A stretch of 63,669 nucleotides of DNA, the filler included, from Lenisia limosa (Eukaryota; Protista; Breviatea), in the NCBI GenBank assembly GCA_001655205.1. It is 14 parts of 14 records of this genome, joined end to end, with 100 filler letters (N's around TTAATTAATTAA, not from the genome) between each part and the next. Parts side by side here need not be neighbours in the genome. Positions count along the whole stretch, not along the records: positions 43,189 to 54,492 come from LPNZ01010120.1; positions 54,593 to 56,706 come from LPNZ01004866.1; positions 56,807 to 59,195 come from LPNZ01009330.1; 11 more parts are not named here. One strand, 5' to 3'. The notes beneath the pieces are model-generated. The model saw only the letters and a list, made by a program, of their open reading frames with translations, did not search any database and had not been told where the DNA came from. Below are positions 46,201-57,572 of this stretch, piece by piece. The position numbers and the translations under genes are program-made. Position 1 is the stretch's first letter; each line of letters begins with the position of its first letter.

Positions 46201-48727
46201 TATTGAAACGCCGTCTATTGACTCAGAACTCGCATTCTCTCCCTCACGGCAAAATCCCTACCAGAAGGCCCAAGTAAGAGCGCTGTAGTATTGGGAGGTG
46301 TATTTCTTTATGTAGGGTTTCACTTCGGTTCGAAAAAGACTGAATTTCTCGATAAATCCTCAAAAAATATTGATATTTTATCGGTCGTTTTCATACATAA
46401 TATATATACATATTATCAGTATAATGTAGACTATTACATAGTATAAATTATTTTTTTTCTCTATCATATAGCCTCTATGTTATACTACATCAAGAAGGAG
46501 GAATCACGGCAAACCTCCATAGACTTTAGTGCAAACCGGGCACTCAATTCGGTTCTTCTTCTTAAACCACTACAGGAATGAGCATTCATACCCAATGCTA
46601 CTGCAAATAACATATGATACTAAATATACTTGATGTGACTGCGATAAGTCCTGACAAAATTAACTGGGACCTATCACGGTCAGTGTATGAACAACGACAT
46701 ATGGAGAGGACCAAGGTTTCAGGTTTTAGGTGAGATGTGCTAATGAATGGGCCATATTAATTCACGACGTCAAATTATTTAGATCATCAAGATCCCTACG
46801 ACCAACTACCCTCTGACATTCTCAATACAGTCCATGTGGAAGCAGTGCGACTTGGCCTGGCTGCAGGGGAGGGCGAGGAAGGGGCCTGTTTCCTCGAAGC
46901 AAATGGTGCATTCCTCGTCGTTGTGGCATGCTACGACCATCTGAAGTGTGAACAACGAGAATCCGAGAATCTGCAGATATCGAGAATTTATTGAAATGCA
47001 TCCTTGTTTATAAAGTTTTCAGTTTCATAGAGCTCATAGAGATGATAGGCCAGACAGTTTCATAGAGATGATAGGCCAGGCAGTTTTATAGAGATGATAG
47101 GCCAGACAATATTACAGTGTACCCTAGCTTTAGTGAGACAAATAAGATTTCAAAAAAAACAATCAAAAAAGTGGTCTGATGGTCTGATCTACAATATGAT
47201 ATGTGAGAACAAGAAGCCTTATTTTGAGTTATATGGGGGGGGGGGGGNNNNNNNNNNNNNNNNNNNNNNNNNNNNNNNNNNNNNNNNNNNNNNNNNNNNN
47301 NNNNNNNNNNNNNNNNNNNNNNNNNNNNNNNNNNNNNNNCGAAAGGATGACTCTGGTCTTCAGCTACAAAGTTAGTACACTGATGTACTAAGTAGACAAT
47401 CTGCATATGACAAGGGCATCATCGTAGGGTTGTTTAGCATTATGTATACTATATACATATGATAATGATATGTATGTATNNNNNNNNNNAACCACTAATA
47501 TTCTACGCTGCCCTCTTTCAGTTTGTCAAAACTTTCATCACCCTACCATACCTTCTTCAAGCTCCGTCCGGGCCATTTTAGCCGGCTGTGCAATATCCGC
47601 CTCTTCTGCAGGCCTCTTGAGACACACAGCCACATCACCGCTCTGGGGGGAGGGGGGTTGTGAACACTAATCTCAACTGTGAAGAGACACAACTCAGAGA
47701 CAAGGTGTTAGAAATTAAAGAGGAGGAAAATAGGAAATAGTACCAACAGAAACAGAATATCGTAATATCGATGTTTCCGATGGCAAAACCGAAGCTCCGA
47801 ACAACCTACGGGTGAGGGCGAAGACTCCGGAGACGACTTTGGGGGCTGTTGGAAGCTCAGAAACTGGGATGTGCTCTAAGGGGTGAAATAACGTGTGTAA
47901 CGGGGAGGGGGTGAAATAATGACCTTGGAAAGACTTGATCAAAAAAAATCGGATTTTCAGAGAAAAAATAATGTCAAGACACCACCCTTAGTGAAAATGA
48001 TAAATCTCTAGTAAATCCCTGACAAATCCTTGATATATCTTATGAAAAATCCCTGATAAATCTCAATAAAACAAATGAATTTCTCCCACACACCTGAGGG
48101 CTGGAAGGGGGAAAACTCGGAGCAATTGTGGGGCACTGAATGACACTCGGGGCACCCGGGGGAAGTGGGGGAATGGAAAGAGTTTCGTCAGCCATGGCAG
48201 CGGGGTTGGGCCTAGGAATTGTCGGGGGAGATGGGTCGGAATTGGATGTGGGCTGGATTTTGGGCAATTGTTTTGGCATATCGCGGGGAGGGCAACGGGC
48301 GGAAGGGGGTTGCACGGGGTTTCTCTTCACGAAAAAGGAAGCGGCATTGGCGTTGGTGGGTGGCCAGCGAGGGGGAAATGAAGAGGTAAAAGAGGGGCTT
48401 GGTTCCACGACACTTCTCACAGAGGCAGCGGCAGGCTTTTCATCGACCTTTTGGGGAGGAACTGCTTTCCTTATTGGAGGGACTAATTCCTTCATCGGTG
48501 CGTGGGGCGTGATAATCTTTGTAGTCTTGTGATGGGAGTGTCTTAAGGGCCGATACGATGGATTCATAGTGGAGTTTGAGAGATAAGGTTGATCATTGAA
48601 AGTTGCGGGAGAATAGGTCGGACTGGAGGGAGTATAAGTCGGACTTGAGGGACTGGATGGATTATAAGTCGGACTTGAGGGACTGGATGGATTATATGTC
48701 GGACTTGACGGTGCATAAGGGGGAGAT
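43215..48727 (-). CDS. Deltex-like E3 ubiquitin ligase: Pro/Ser-rich N-terminal region, RING-H2, probable DTC domain; both ends missing
   Basis: Exons 46818-46940 and 46515-46569 give CTICFEETGPFLALPCSQAKSHCFHMDCIENWFKKKNRIECPVCTKVYG (RING-H2 ending CPxCxxxYG as in Deltex), then ALLLGPSG. Downstream exon TKYFYLPYTHRGAHFVLNILQ resembles the DTC YLPD...G..VL..L motif. An upstream 634-nt Pro-rich exon lies at 48094-48727; its linkage to the RING exons is inferred. Confidence 0.62.
44171..44295 (-). repeat. Intron 3'-end module D copy
   Basis: ATGCGGTGCTTGTACTGACCTGGGCTTTG...AGCCAACGGAGTTAATTTTGGGCTTTG...CATTTTACAACCCCAG acceptor. Confidence 0.78.
44855..45049. mobile_element. AT-rich foldback/MITE-like element (family F)
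   Basis: TAGAGCTCCGGGCAATTATTATTAAT ... ATTAATATTAATTGCCCGGAACTCTA inverted termini around an ATATTAAT-rich core. Confidence 0.75.
45751..45828. mobile_element. MITE family C copy
   Basis: TACATTGACCGATAAGTCTTGAC ... GTCAAGACTTATCCCGGTCAATGTA. Confidence 0.85.
47024..47108 (+). repeat. 26-bp tandem repeat x3
   Basis: TTTCATAGAGATGATAGGCCAGACAG units. Confidence 0.85.
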
Positions 48728-48972
48728 CTAATAAGTGAACGGAATTACGAATCAAAAGTATTGCCATTGATGATGAAATATGGAACGTTTTAGACTTTCC
48801 TTTCTATTCCGAAAAAGACTGTCAAGTGTGGGGAGGAAACGGCAAAAGCTCTAATTATAATACAAATTGTAATGGAAACCAGAATGGGTAGGGGGCTTCA
48901 CAGTATAAGATTGAACATAGTAGTAGTTCATTTTCAAGAATTATGATATCTTTAAGAAGATGGGTATGAGAA

Positions 48973-51900
48973 GCTACGACCTGACGTGTAAATATCAAGA
49001 ATCTTCATATTGGAATAAGACCACCAAAGGTGGCAAACAAATTGTCATCATCGCCCAAAGAAAGGGAGGGGAGGGGGTATCCATACCTTGGTGTGTGCCT
49101 CTTGTGCTCTTGTGGGATTTTTGAGTTCAGGTGCTTACCTGAGAGGAGTGAGGGAAGGCGAGGGAGAAATGATGAAAGGGAAGAGGAGTTGTGTCAGAGA
49201 GATTCCCAATTTGGTGTCACCAAAGTAATTCTGATGTCCATATCTAATAAATCATCCACAATAAAAGGGGAGGTAAGTTGACTGCTTACATCATGAAACG
49301 AGTGTAACGCTTTTGAGGGGACTTATGACGTAATGCGCGGATCTAAAGACGTCACAGGAGTAAAACCGGTTGGTACTGAGGAGAATAGATAAGCTTCGGC
49401 AGTCTAACGAAATAAATGGTCATCGTCTTTCGACTCAGAAACACGAANNNNNNNNNNATGGGGTGATGATGGTATCGGTTTTCATACCGTATGGGGTGCT
49501 TCAGGTGACGGGGGGGTCTCATATCTTCGTTGGCTCGGAGTAAACTGGATGAGTCAGAAAAGTCTTAAAGAAGACGGGAACGCGAGAACTGACAATACTC
49601 AGACGCAGACTAAAATATCTACAATGAATTCAGTGCCATGCATGTGATCATCAACGTAATTATGAAGGTGTGCGTGGCCCAAAACTAACCTGATAGAACT
49701 ACATACTGCCAGGATATCGAGTGTCGTCATGAGCGAGCCTGAAGAAATAAGAAGACAAAAAGAGACGAGAATGGAAAATGGAAAAAGCAGGGCTGAGGAG
49801 CGCATAAAAGGATAATCATAGGTCCGTCACACCAAAACGGTATCGACTTTACTAAGACTCGTCATCTGTTGTCTTCATAGCCCAAAACAGAGAAAGTGAA
49901 AACCAAAGCTCACCTAACGCTGATTCAGGATAGAAAAGGGCGATGACCAGCCTCCAATCGTAATCCTGAAAGATTAGAGAGATAAAAAACTTCCTATAAG
50001 ATGGAAGTAAAGAGAGGCTACGACTGACGTGCAAATATCAAGAATCTTCATATTGGAATAAGACCACCAAAGGTGGCAAACAAATTGTCATCNNNNNNNN
50101 NNNNNNNNNNNNNNNNNNNNNNNNNNNNNNNNNNNNNNNNNNNNNNNNNNNNNNNNNNNNNNNNNNNNNNNNNNNNNNNNNNNNNNNNNNNNNNNNNNNN
50201 NNNNNNNNNNNNNNNNNNNNNNNNNNNNNNNNNNNNNNNNNNNNNNNNNNNNNNNNNNNNNNNNNNNNNNNNNNNNNNNNNNNNNNNNNNNNNNNNNNNN
50301 NNNNNNNNNNNNNNNNNNNNNNNNNNNNNNNNNNNNNNNNNNNNNNNNNNNNNNNNNNNNNNNNNNNNNNNGGTAGGGGGAGGGAAAGAAGCCCACATTT
50401 GCTTCAAGGTTGAAGCAAATGGAGAACTTGAGCAGTCCAACTCTTCGGCGATGAGGGGGCCTGATTCAATGAGAAAAGAAGGAAATTAGCAGAGGGTGTC
50501 AATGAAGCGTAGTCAGGGTTTTAGGTTGAAGTTTTGTCTCACTGAGCTAGGCTCTCTGAAGTAGCAAATATTCCATCATTCCAGAAGAGGAGACAAGAGA
50601 GAGGGTCCCACTTACCATCATGCTCTCTCTTAAAAGAAGAAGAGTAATTGGAGGCGGGATCTAACCTGAGAAGTCAGTGGGTGCGGGGGAAATATAATTA
50701 TAAAACCAAAAGGCAGGGCTGAGGAGCGCATAAAAGGATAATCATAGGTCCGTCACACCAAAACAGTATCGACTTTACTAAGACTCGTCATCTGTTGTCT
50801 TCATAGCCCATGGAGGAAGGAGGGTATTTGCCCAAAATACCTTATTTTGTAGAGGCGCATTTAAGTGCTCAGACGGACATTCACAGAAGCATCTAAAAAA
50901 TCAGGATGTGATGATAAAAGAGAGAGAAGAGACAAAGAAAAGCTTCGGCAGTCTAACGAAGTAAATGGTCATCGTCTTTCGACTCAGAAACACGAACCAA
51001 TAAAGGTATTCATCATTAGCAGAAAGGGGGAATAAAATCTTTTCAAGCTCACCATTCTTGAACTAACGGAGGATCGGGTATAACAGCCTTAAAGTCCAAG
51101 TCTAAAGAATCAGTTGGCGAAATTAAGGGGAGAGAAAGGTTGGAAGTTGATACGGTCAGGGTTTTAGGTTGAAGTTTTGTCTCACTGAGCTAGGCTCTCT
51201 GAAGTAGCAAATATTCCATCATTCCAGAAGAGAGACGGCCAACTTCTTTCAAACCTATAGTGCTGATTTGAAGTTGTTTCTGGGTTCAGCTTGTGAAAAT
51301 CCTTGAGGTGCCGAATTGGTGAATTGGTGTGGAGAGCTGAGGAATCAGAGGAGATTCAAGAAATGAAAAAGGTGGGATAATGTTGATGGTCATGAATAGG
51401 ATTGGAAAAGGTTGTCCTGCACTGATAAGTTGGTCTGGTACGAACNNNNNNNNNNCTCCATAAATGAGGAAAGTAAAAAGAAAGCTGAGGCTCACTTAAT
51501 TGAAATAGTACTGCTCCTTGATGCCAGCAGTTCACGGAAGATGAGATCTGAAAGATTAGAAAAGAACAGTGAGCCGAAAATGGTGGCGAAAGAAGGAGTC
51601 TCGGAAGGTTTGAATGTCAGATGCATTTCTTCAACGATGAACTCAGTGCCCAGTGCGTTTCCTCATCAACAATGGAAATAACGTGCTTCTTTTGAGATTG
51701 TTCTTCAAACCGATCTCAGAACCAAGCACGTATGAGGACTATTGAAGGGTGCAAACCTTAATTGACAAAAGGCTTGTGGAAGTTCAGCAAAAGGGCAGAC
51801 AGTTACCTGGAAGAGTCAAGATGAGAAGCGGACACATTATCGTTAGATGAAAGATAATGGTCATGAATAGGATTGGAAAAAGTTGTCCTGCACTGATAAG

Positions 51901-52574
51901 TTGGTCTGGTACGAACAGTCGATCATTCCATAATGGCATGTTTAGATATTGACTAGAGGCTCACCTCAGATATTCTGGTCTTGTGGGAAAGGGTTACCCA
52001 GGTACACTGCGTTGCGCGTCTCTGTAATTGTTAGTTTAGAAAGAGGAGACTGTTCAAAATTAAAAGGATAATGGTCATGAATAGGATTGGAAAAGGTTGT
52101 CCTGCACTGATAAGTTGGTCTGGTACGAACAGTCGATCATTCCATTAGCGGCATTTTAACAATAGGGCGTAAGGCTCACCAGTGACGTAACGTGTAGCAG
52201 TATGCTCTCGCCTCTTCAGGCCAATTTCATGAACGAAAAAGCCAACACCTGAAATAAGTCAGACAAGATTCGTTTTCGAAGAGAAAGAAGGGATAAAGAA
52301 AAGCTTCGGCAGTCTAACGAAATAAATGGTCATCGTCTTTCGACTCAGAAACACGAANNNNNNNNNNCATTCATCATTAGCAGGGGGTCGGGGGGTAAAA
52401 AGTGTGGCTTACTTGAGAAGAGGGCGAACGCGTTTGATCAGCTATGCATGCTTGGTTCTGAATGTGTGAGTGGTAGTTATGAAATTGCAAGAAAGAAGAA
52501 CAAGGCGTAATACTCAGACGCAGACTAAAATATCCACAATGAATTCAGTGCCATGCATGTGATCATCAACGTAA
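48973..52574. repeat. Patchwork region built from six re-used 55-105 bp modules
   Basis: M1 48973-49049/50017-50092; M2 49391-49447/50940-50996/52301-52357; M3 49783-49884/50708-50810; M4 50513-50589/51156-51232; M5 51386-51445/51853-51931/52067-52145; M6 49594-49659/52509-52574. All copies are in the same orientation. Confidence 0.85.
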
Positions 52575-53628
52575 AGAGGGTGGGGGAGGTGGAGGAGGAA
52601 GACAAACCTCCCAATGGGCACAGCATAGCGGCACATAGATGGCATTGGAGGCTTTGGTAGTGATCTAGAAAATCAATTATTGATGAACTTCAAAAGCGGA
52701 GGGCTGAAAAGGAAGGATAAGAGCCGGCAAATTCTAGTCTTCATTCAGTTAGCAAGCATAAGGCAAAGGAGTCTGCCTTGTCAAAGCATTCCTTTTTCTG
52801 CCTAAACTTGCCCTGCCAGTCGTGATCTTTGTCTAATCATCTCCTTGGAGGATGACGGGGTAGCCCAGGAAGCTTACCAATCAGTATCACTAGGTTAGTG
52901 GGCAAGTCACCCGTCGTTCAGCCAAGGAGCTCTTGGAGGATGTCTAAAAGAGTGAGTTAAAGGTGAGAAACGCATCAGATAACCCGATACAGAGGGGAAA
53001 GGTCAACAGAACAGAACACTTTCTTAAAGTGTTACTAAATAGCCCAATAAACAATATCTAACCTTGGAAAGAGCCATTAGACGCGCAGAAAGGGCCGATA
53101 ACCATGCGGCATGCGTTTGGGAAAACGTGAAAATCTAAAAGCGTCAGGAAATGAATCTTAGAAGTGTTCAAAACACACCAGAGGAAGATCAGCTGTGCTA
53201 AGCTTGATAGTTTTTAAGAGGAAAATAAAAACTGTCAAAATGGAACTCACCTTCATAGAGAGCAACTGCTTCTGACTGTTCAAATGGTGGAGAAGCCTCA
53301 GCTGGAAGAACAATAACAACAGTGTACCTTCAACTGGAAGAGTTGCTTGGGCTCCAAAAAATGGATTCCTTCAACAGTCTTCCAGCAATCTTCCATGCAA
53401 GAGCCATTTCTCAAAGGAATTTCTGAGAAAAAGAAAAAATTTTAAATACTGTACTGTGGGGTTTATACTTTTTGCGCCAACGCGCACTCCGCTCTGCGCG
53501 CCCTTTTTGCCAAATTTTCGTTTTTGCAGTTTTGCCGATCTCGAACACAGAATGGCCTAGGATTAAGAAAATAGAGAACTGTTAGAGAAGAATAGAAGTT
53601 GTGAGGCTTTCTTTATTTATTTTCGAAA

Positions 53629-54492
53629 ATGGCTTCGTACAAGTAGGCTGAATCCAACCATTCTCCACCTTGAATTTAATCTTGTTTGTAATAATAAGAA
53701 ATCTTAAATGAGTATTTCTTTTCTTGGCTATATCATTGTCTCTTTCCAGCTTAATTTTTCATTTGTTTTGTTTTGTTCCCCCTCTAAATCAAGTTGCAGA
53801 AGACGAAGGCAGGATAAGAAGGATGATTCAACGGTAAGATAGATTGTATTGTAAAAAGTTCATACATTTGGCATTCTTTAATACCTTGGATCACCATTTA
53901 TTCTCTTAATTCCTGTTTTTTTTTTGCTTTGCCTAATTGCCCAGGAGGAGGAGTTAGAAATGCAGCGTTTGTTGGAAGAGTCACTGATTGAGGAGGAAGA
54001 AGAGAGCAAAATCGCAGCAGCCGCCGCCCTTGCTGCGGCTGCCGAGAATGTGACTTTGGTACCAGGGTTCTATTTACTAATATTCGTATGTCTGATATCA
54101 TAAAATACAATATTGTTTATAGTATATATCCATGAAACTGTACATATTTGTTCAGACTATACTATATTATATCATATGTATTACATGTATGTATGTATAT
54201 ATCATATGATATGTATATAATTACTATGTGCATATTTGTTCACCACATGAATATTTGTTCACCCTATGCAGGTCGAGACTGCGGTAGAGAAAAGACGGCG
54301 TCTTGTGTTAGAGGCCGAGTCCCTGTTGAAGAAGAAAAAGAAAGAGGGTTTGAGGGGCAAGGTAAAACATTGCTTTGAATGTTCTGTAGGAACCCTCATT
54401 TCCCCATGATCTTATTATTTTAACCACCGATTCATTTCTCCAGAGGAAGTTGTCATCCCGGAAGAACCTAAGCCCTTGTCAATGCTCGAAGA
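53629..54492 (+). CDS. 5' exons of a hypothetical charged/coiled-coil protein
   Basis: Phased exons MASYN-CRRRRQDKKDDST-EEELEMQRLLEESLIEEEEESKIAAAAALAAAAENVTL-VETAVEKRRRLVLEAESLLKKKKKEGLRGK. Confidence 0.5.
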
Positions 54493-54592
54493 NNNNNNNN
54501 NNNNNNNNNNNNNNNNNNNNNNNNNNNNNNNNNNNNTTAATTAATTAANNNNNNNNNNNNNNNNNNNNNNNNNNNNNNNNNNNNNNNNNNNN
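54493..54592. other. Artificial scaffold spacer
   Basis: 44N-TTAATTAATTAA-44N. Confidence 0.98.
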
Positions 54593-55003
54593 ATATAATA
54601 TAGTGATATTGTTAATAGGGCTTGATTTTGTTTGGAGAGGGGGAGGGGGGACTTACAATTGATATGTAATGGAGATCCTAAAGACTGAATTTAGAGCGAA
54701 ATAAAATCTCCCAAAAACTTGAATTGAATTTCCTTCATCATATATATATTACTCGTCACAGAATAAATCTGTTAGCACAAATTAATTATAATCGTTTAAT
54801 TGTAGTGCTAATAATACCCTTGATCAGCTTTGATTCTTGCTTCATTAAGATATCTTATATACTTATAGCCAGATACAATGCTGTATAAGCAATTATAGAG
54901 CTTATAATCAATTGTAGAGCTTCACTTTGGATCATGTAAAATATAGATAATTATCAAGGATATATCCAGGATCCAGTCTTTTGGAAGTCGTAATAAATTG
55001 TAG

Positions 55004-56212
55004 CGTCGGGCCAAGATCTTCAGATCTACGATGCTGTTGCCTTCTCATGGCCCTCTCAACCCTACTGGATGGAGGTTTGTTAAATAGTAGATTAAATGCT
55101 GAATTGAAGGTTGATTTTTGTTAGATTGAATATTGGATTGGCTTTTAGATTGTTGACTCTCATCTTTTCTTTCACATTGTCCCCTTCCCCCTTTTTTTTT
55201 TCGTTTTTCTCTCTANNNNNNNNNNNNNNNNNNNNNNNNNNNNNNNNNNNNNNNNNNNNNNNNNNNNNNNNNNNNNNNNNNNNNNNNNNNNNNNNNNNNN
55301 NNNNNNNNNNNNNNNNNNNNNNNNNNNNNNNNNNNNNNNNNNNNNNNNNNNNCCACATTGGCGCGTCACCGGGCGGGACGTTAACGCACTTCTTCAGTAC
55401 GTGTTCAGGCACGCAGCAGCTCCACCAGACTTTGCGATTCGATGTGGGTGTGTAATTTTGTGTTTTTTGGGGGGGGATATAATGTGTGCTGGGTATGTAT
55501 GGGGGGATTCACTATTGGAGTGAGGAGTCTCATGTATTTTGCGAATTACCAACGATTCAGACTCTAAGCAATAAAGTGGACTTTTATTTGAACGATTTGG
55601 TGACTACGTTTTCCAAGACCCTTTGTAAGAACGGGGCTGGTTGGCTTTTTTGTTCTTTTTTTGAATGCCTTTTTTTATTTATTGGAGATAGGTTTTATTT
55701 TTCTTGATTTGTAATAAAGAAAGTTTATTTATTTAATGAAGCATGAGATCGATATTATTTTGCTTTTTGATCTACTGATCAGGATTTTTGGTTAATATTG
55801 TAATGAAAAAATACCCCTTCAAAATTTGGCCATTTGGACGGCTTTTTAACGTATACTTGGTTCTAAGTTATTATTGCAATTCGCCACCATTTATTCCTCT
55901 TTAACCATTTTGTTAACCTTTTCTTCTCTGTTCCCTTCCCCTCTCCCCAAGAGACATTTTCTTAATTTATGCTTTTTTTTCGTTTTTTTTTTTTTTTTTT
56001 TNNNNNNNNNNNNNNNNNNNNNNNNNNNNNNNNNNNNNNNNNNNNNNNNNNNNNNAAGTAAAGACTGAATTCTCGCATCCCGTTTATCTTTTGGAACCTT
56101 TAAAATAGATCCATGCTTTGCCTGCTTCAATATTTATCCACACAGCCACGGACACAACATATCGTGTGGTGGTCGTCTACACCACAACATCAAGACTTTG
56201 GGTCAATGGCGA
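55004..56212 (+). CDS. Internal exons of an unidentified gene
   Basis: AG/GT-bounded open segments SGQDLQIYDAVAFSWPSQPYWME, WRVTGRDVNALLQYVFRHAAAPPDFAIR, ATDTTYRVVVVYTTTSRLWVNG. Confidence 0.35.
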
Positions 56213-56706
56213 GTATGTAACGTCCTTCCCGAATGTCCCTCCAAGTGCTTCAGTAAAAGTTGGCGCTATGTAGCGAGTTTTATGATGTACTACTTTGTTA
56301 ATGATTAATTCCTTGTCCGTTCCACTCATGTAAGAATCCCTTCTAATTCTCAGGTCTCTCTCAACATTATTTAAACATTACAATTCTTCTCTTTCTTTTT
56401 TTTTTGACCAAGAAGGAATAATTATAATCAGAAACAAATAATATGATCTGTAGGAATAAAACATATCACTATCCCCTCATCAACATTTGAGAATCCCTAG
56501 ACTATTTCAAAATGGTTTCACTCCCCTCCGACTTTTACAAATTATAGTGACAAAGTGACCACGATAAGTACTGACACAATTGACCAAAGAAAGATAAAAC
56601 TCAATGTAATCTTTTCAAGACTTAGAATTCCTCTTTTACTCCCCAGGTTTCTCTCAACACGCACCACTCCTCCGGTTGTGGCTTGTCCCACTATAAAATG
56701 TCCAAT

Positions 56707-56806
56707 NNNNNNNNNNNNNNNNNNNNNNNNNNNNNNNNNNNNNNNNNNNNTTAATTAATTAANNNNNNNNNNNNNNNNNNNNNNNNNNNNNNNNNNNNNN
56801 NNNNNN
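56707..56806. other. Artificial scaffold spacer
   Basis: 44N-TTAATTAATTAA-44N. Confidence 0.98.
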
Positions 56807-57572
56807 CACAAATGATTGGGTGAATTTATGTTACATGATGGTGTGGAAGGCTTCGGTCAGAAACAACCTTGTCTCATCTAGCAATATGTATCATAGAGCC
56901 TGAAATAGAATAAGAACAAGAAAGTAGTTTCAAAAACCGCACCTTCACCATTTAGTTCCTCAGTTGAAACCCGAGATGGTGTTGCACCAAGGCTATCAAT
57001 TGGTATGAGAGAAGCNNNNNNNNNNNNNNNNNNNNNNNNNNNNNNNNNNNNNNNNNNNNNNNNNNNNNNNNNNNNNNNNNNNNNNNNNNNNNNNNNNNNN
57101 NNNNNNNNNNNNNNNNNNNNNNNNNNNNNNNNNNNNNNNNNNNNNNNNNNNNNNNNNNNNNNNNNNNNNNNNNNNNNNNNNNNNNNNNNNNNNNNNNNNN
57201 NNNNNNNNTGAGGAAATCATTGAGCAATCGGTCAAGACGTATCCCGGTCACTGTATGTAGATACATAAATATCATATCGGTATCTATATTAACCCCACAC
57301 CAAGGATTGAAGGATTAGGACGATTTTGCCTCATATTACGCCTCTTACGTCAATAAAGCATTTAAATCGATACATTAACTCTCCCCTAGAAAAGTTGATA
57401 GTGAGCTTCCCATTTTACCCCCCCCCCCCCNNNNNNNNNNNNNNNNNNNNNNNNNNNNNNNNNNNNNNNNNNNNNNNNNNNNNNNNNNNNNNNNNNNNNN
57501 NNNNNNNNNNNNNNNNNNNNNNNNNNNNNNNNNNNNNNNNNNNNNNNNNNNNNNNNNNNNCTTATCTTACAG

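Noticed and set aside
49590-52150. Retroelement-like peptides in the patchwork (NYVDD, HVISIVDEETHW, GTEF, WNDRLFVP, WCDGPM)
   Set aside because: Each is a few residues in different frames with stops, order is not consistent, and several overlap splice-like signals. A translated profile search against RT/integrase HMMs would be needed; not called.
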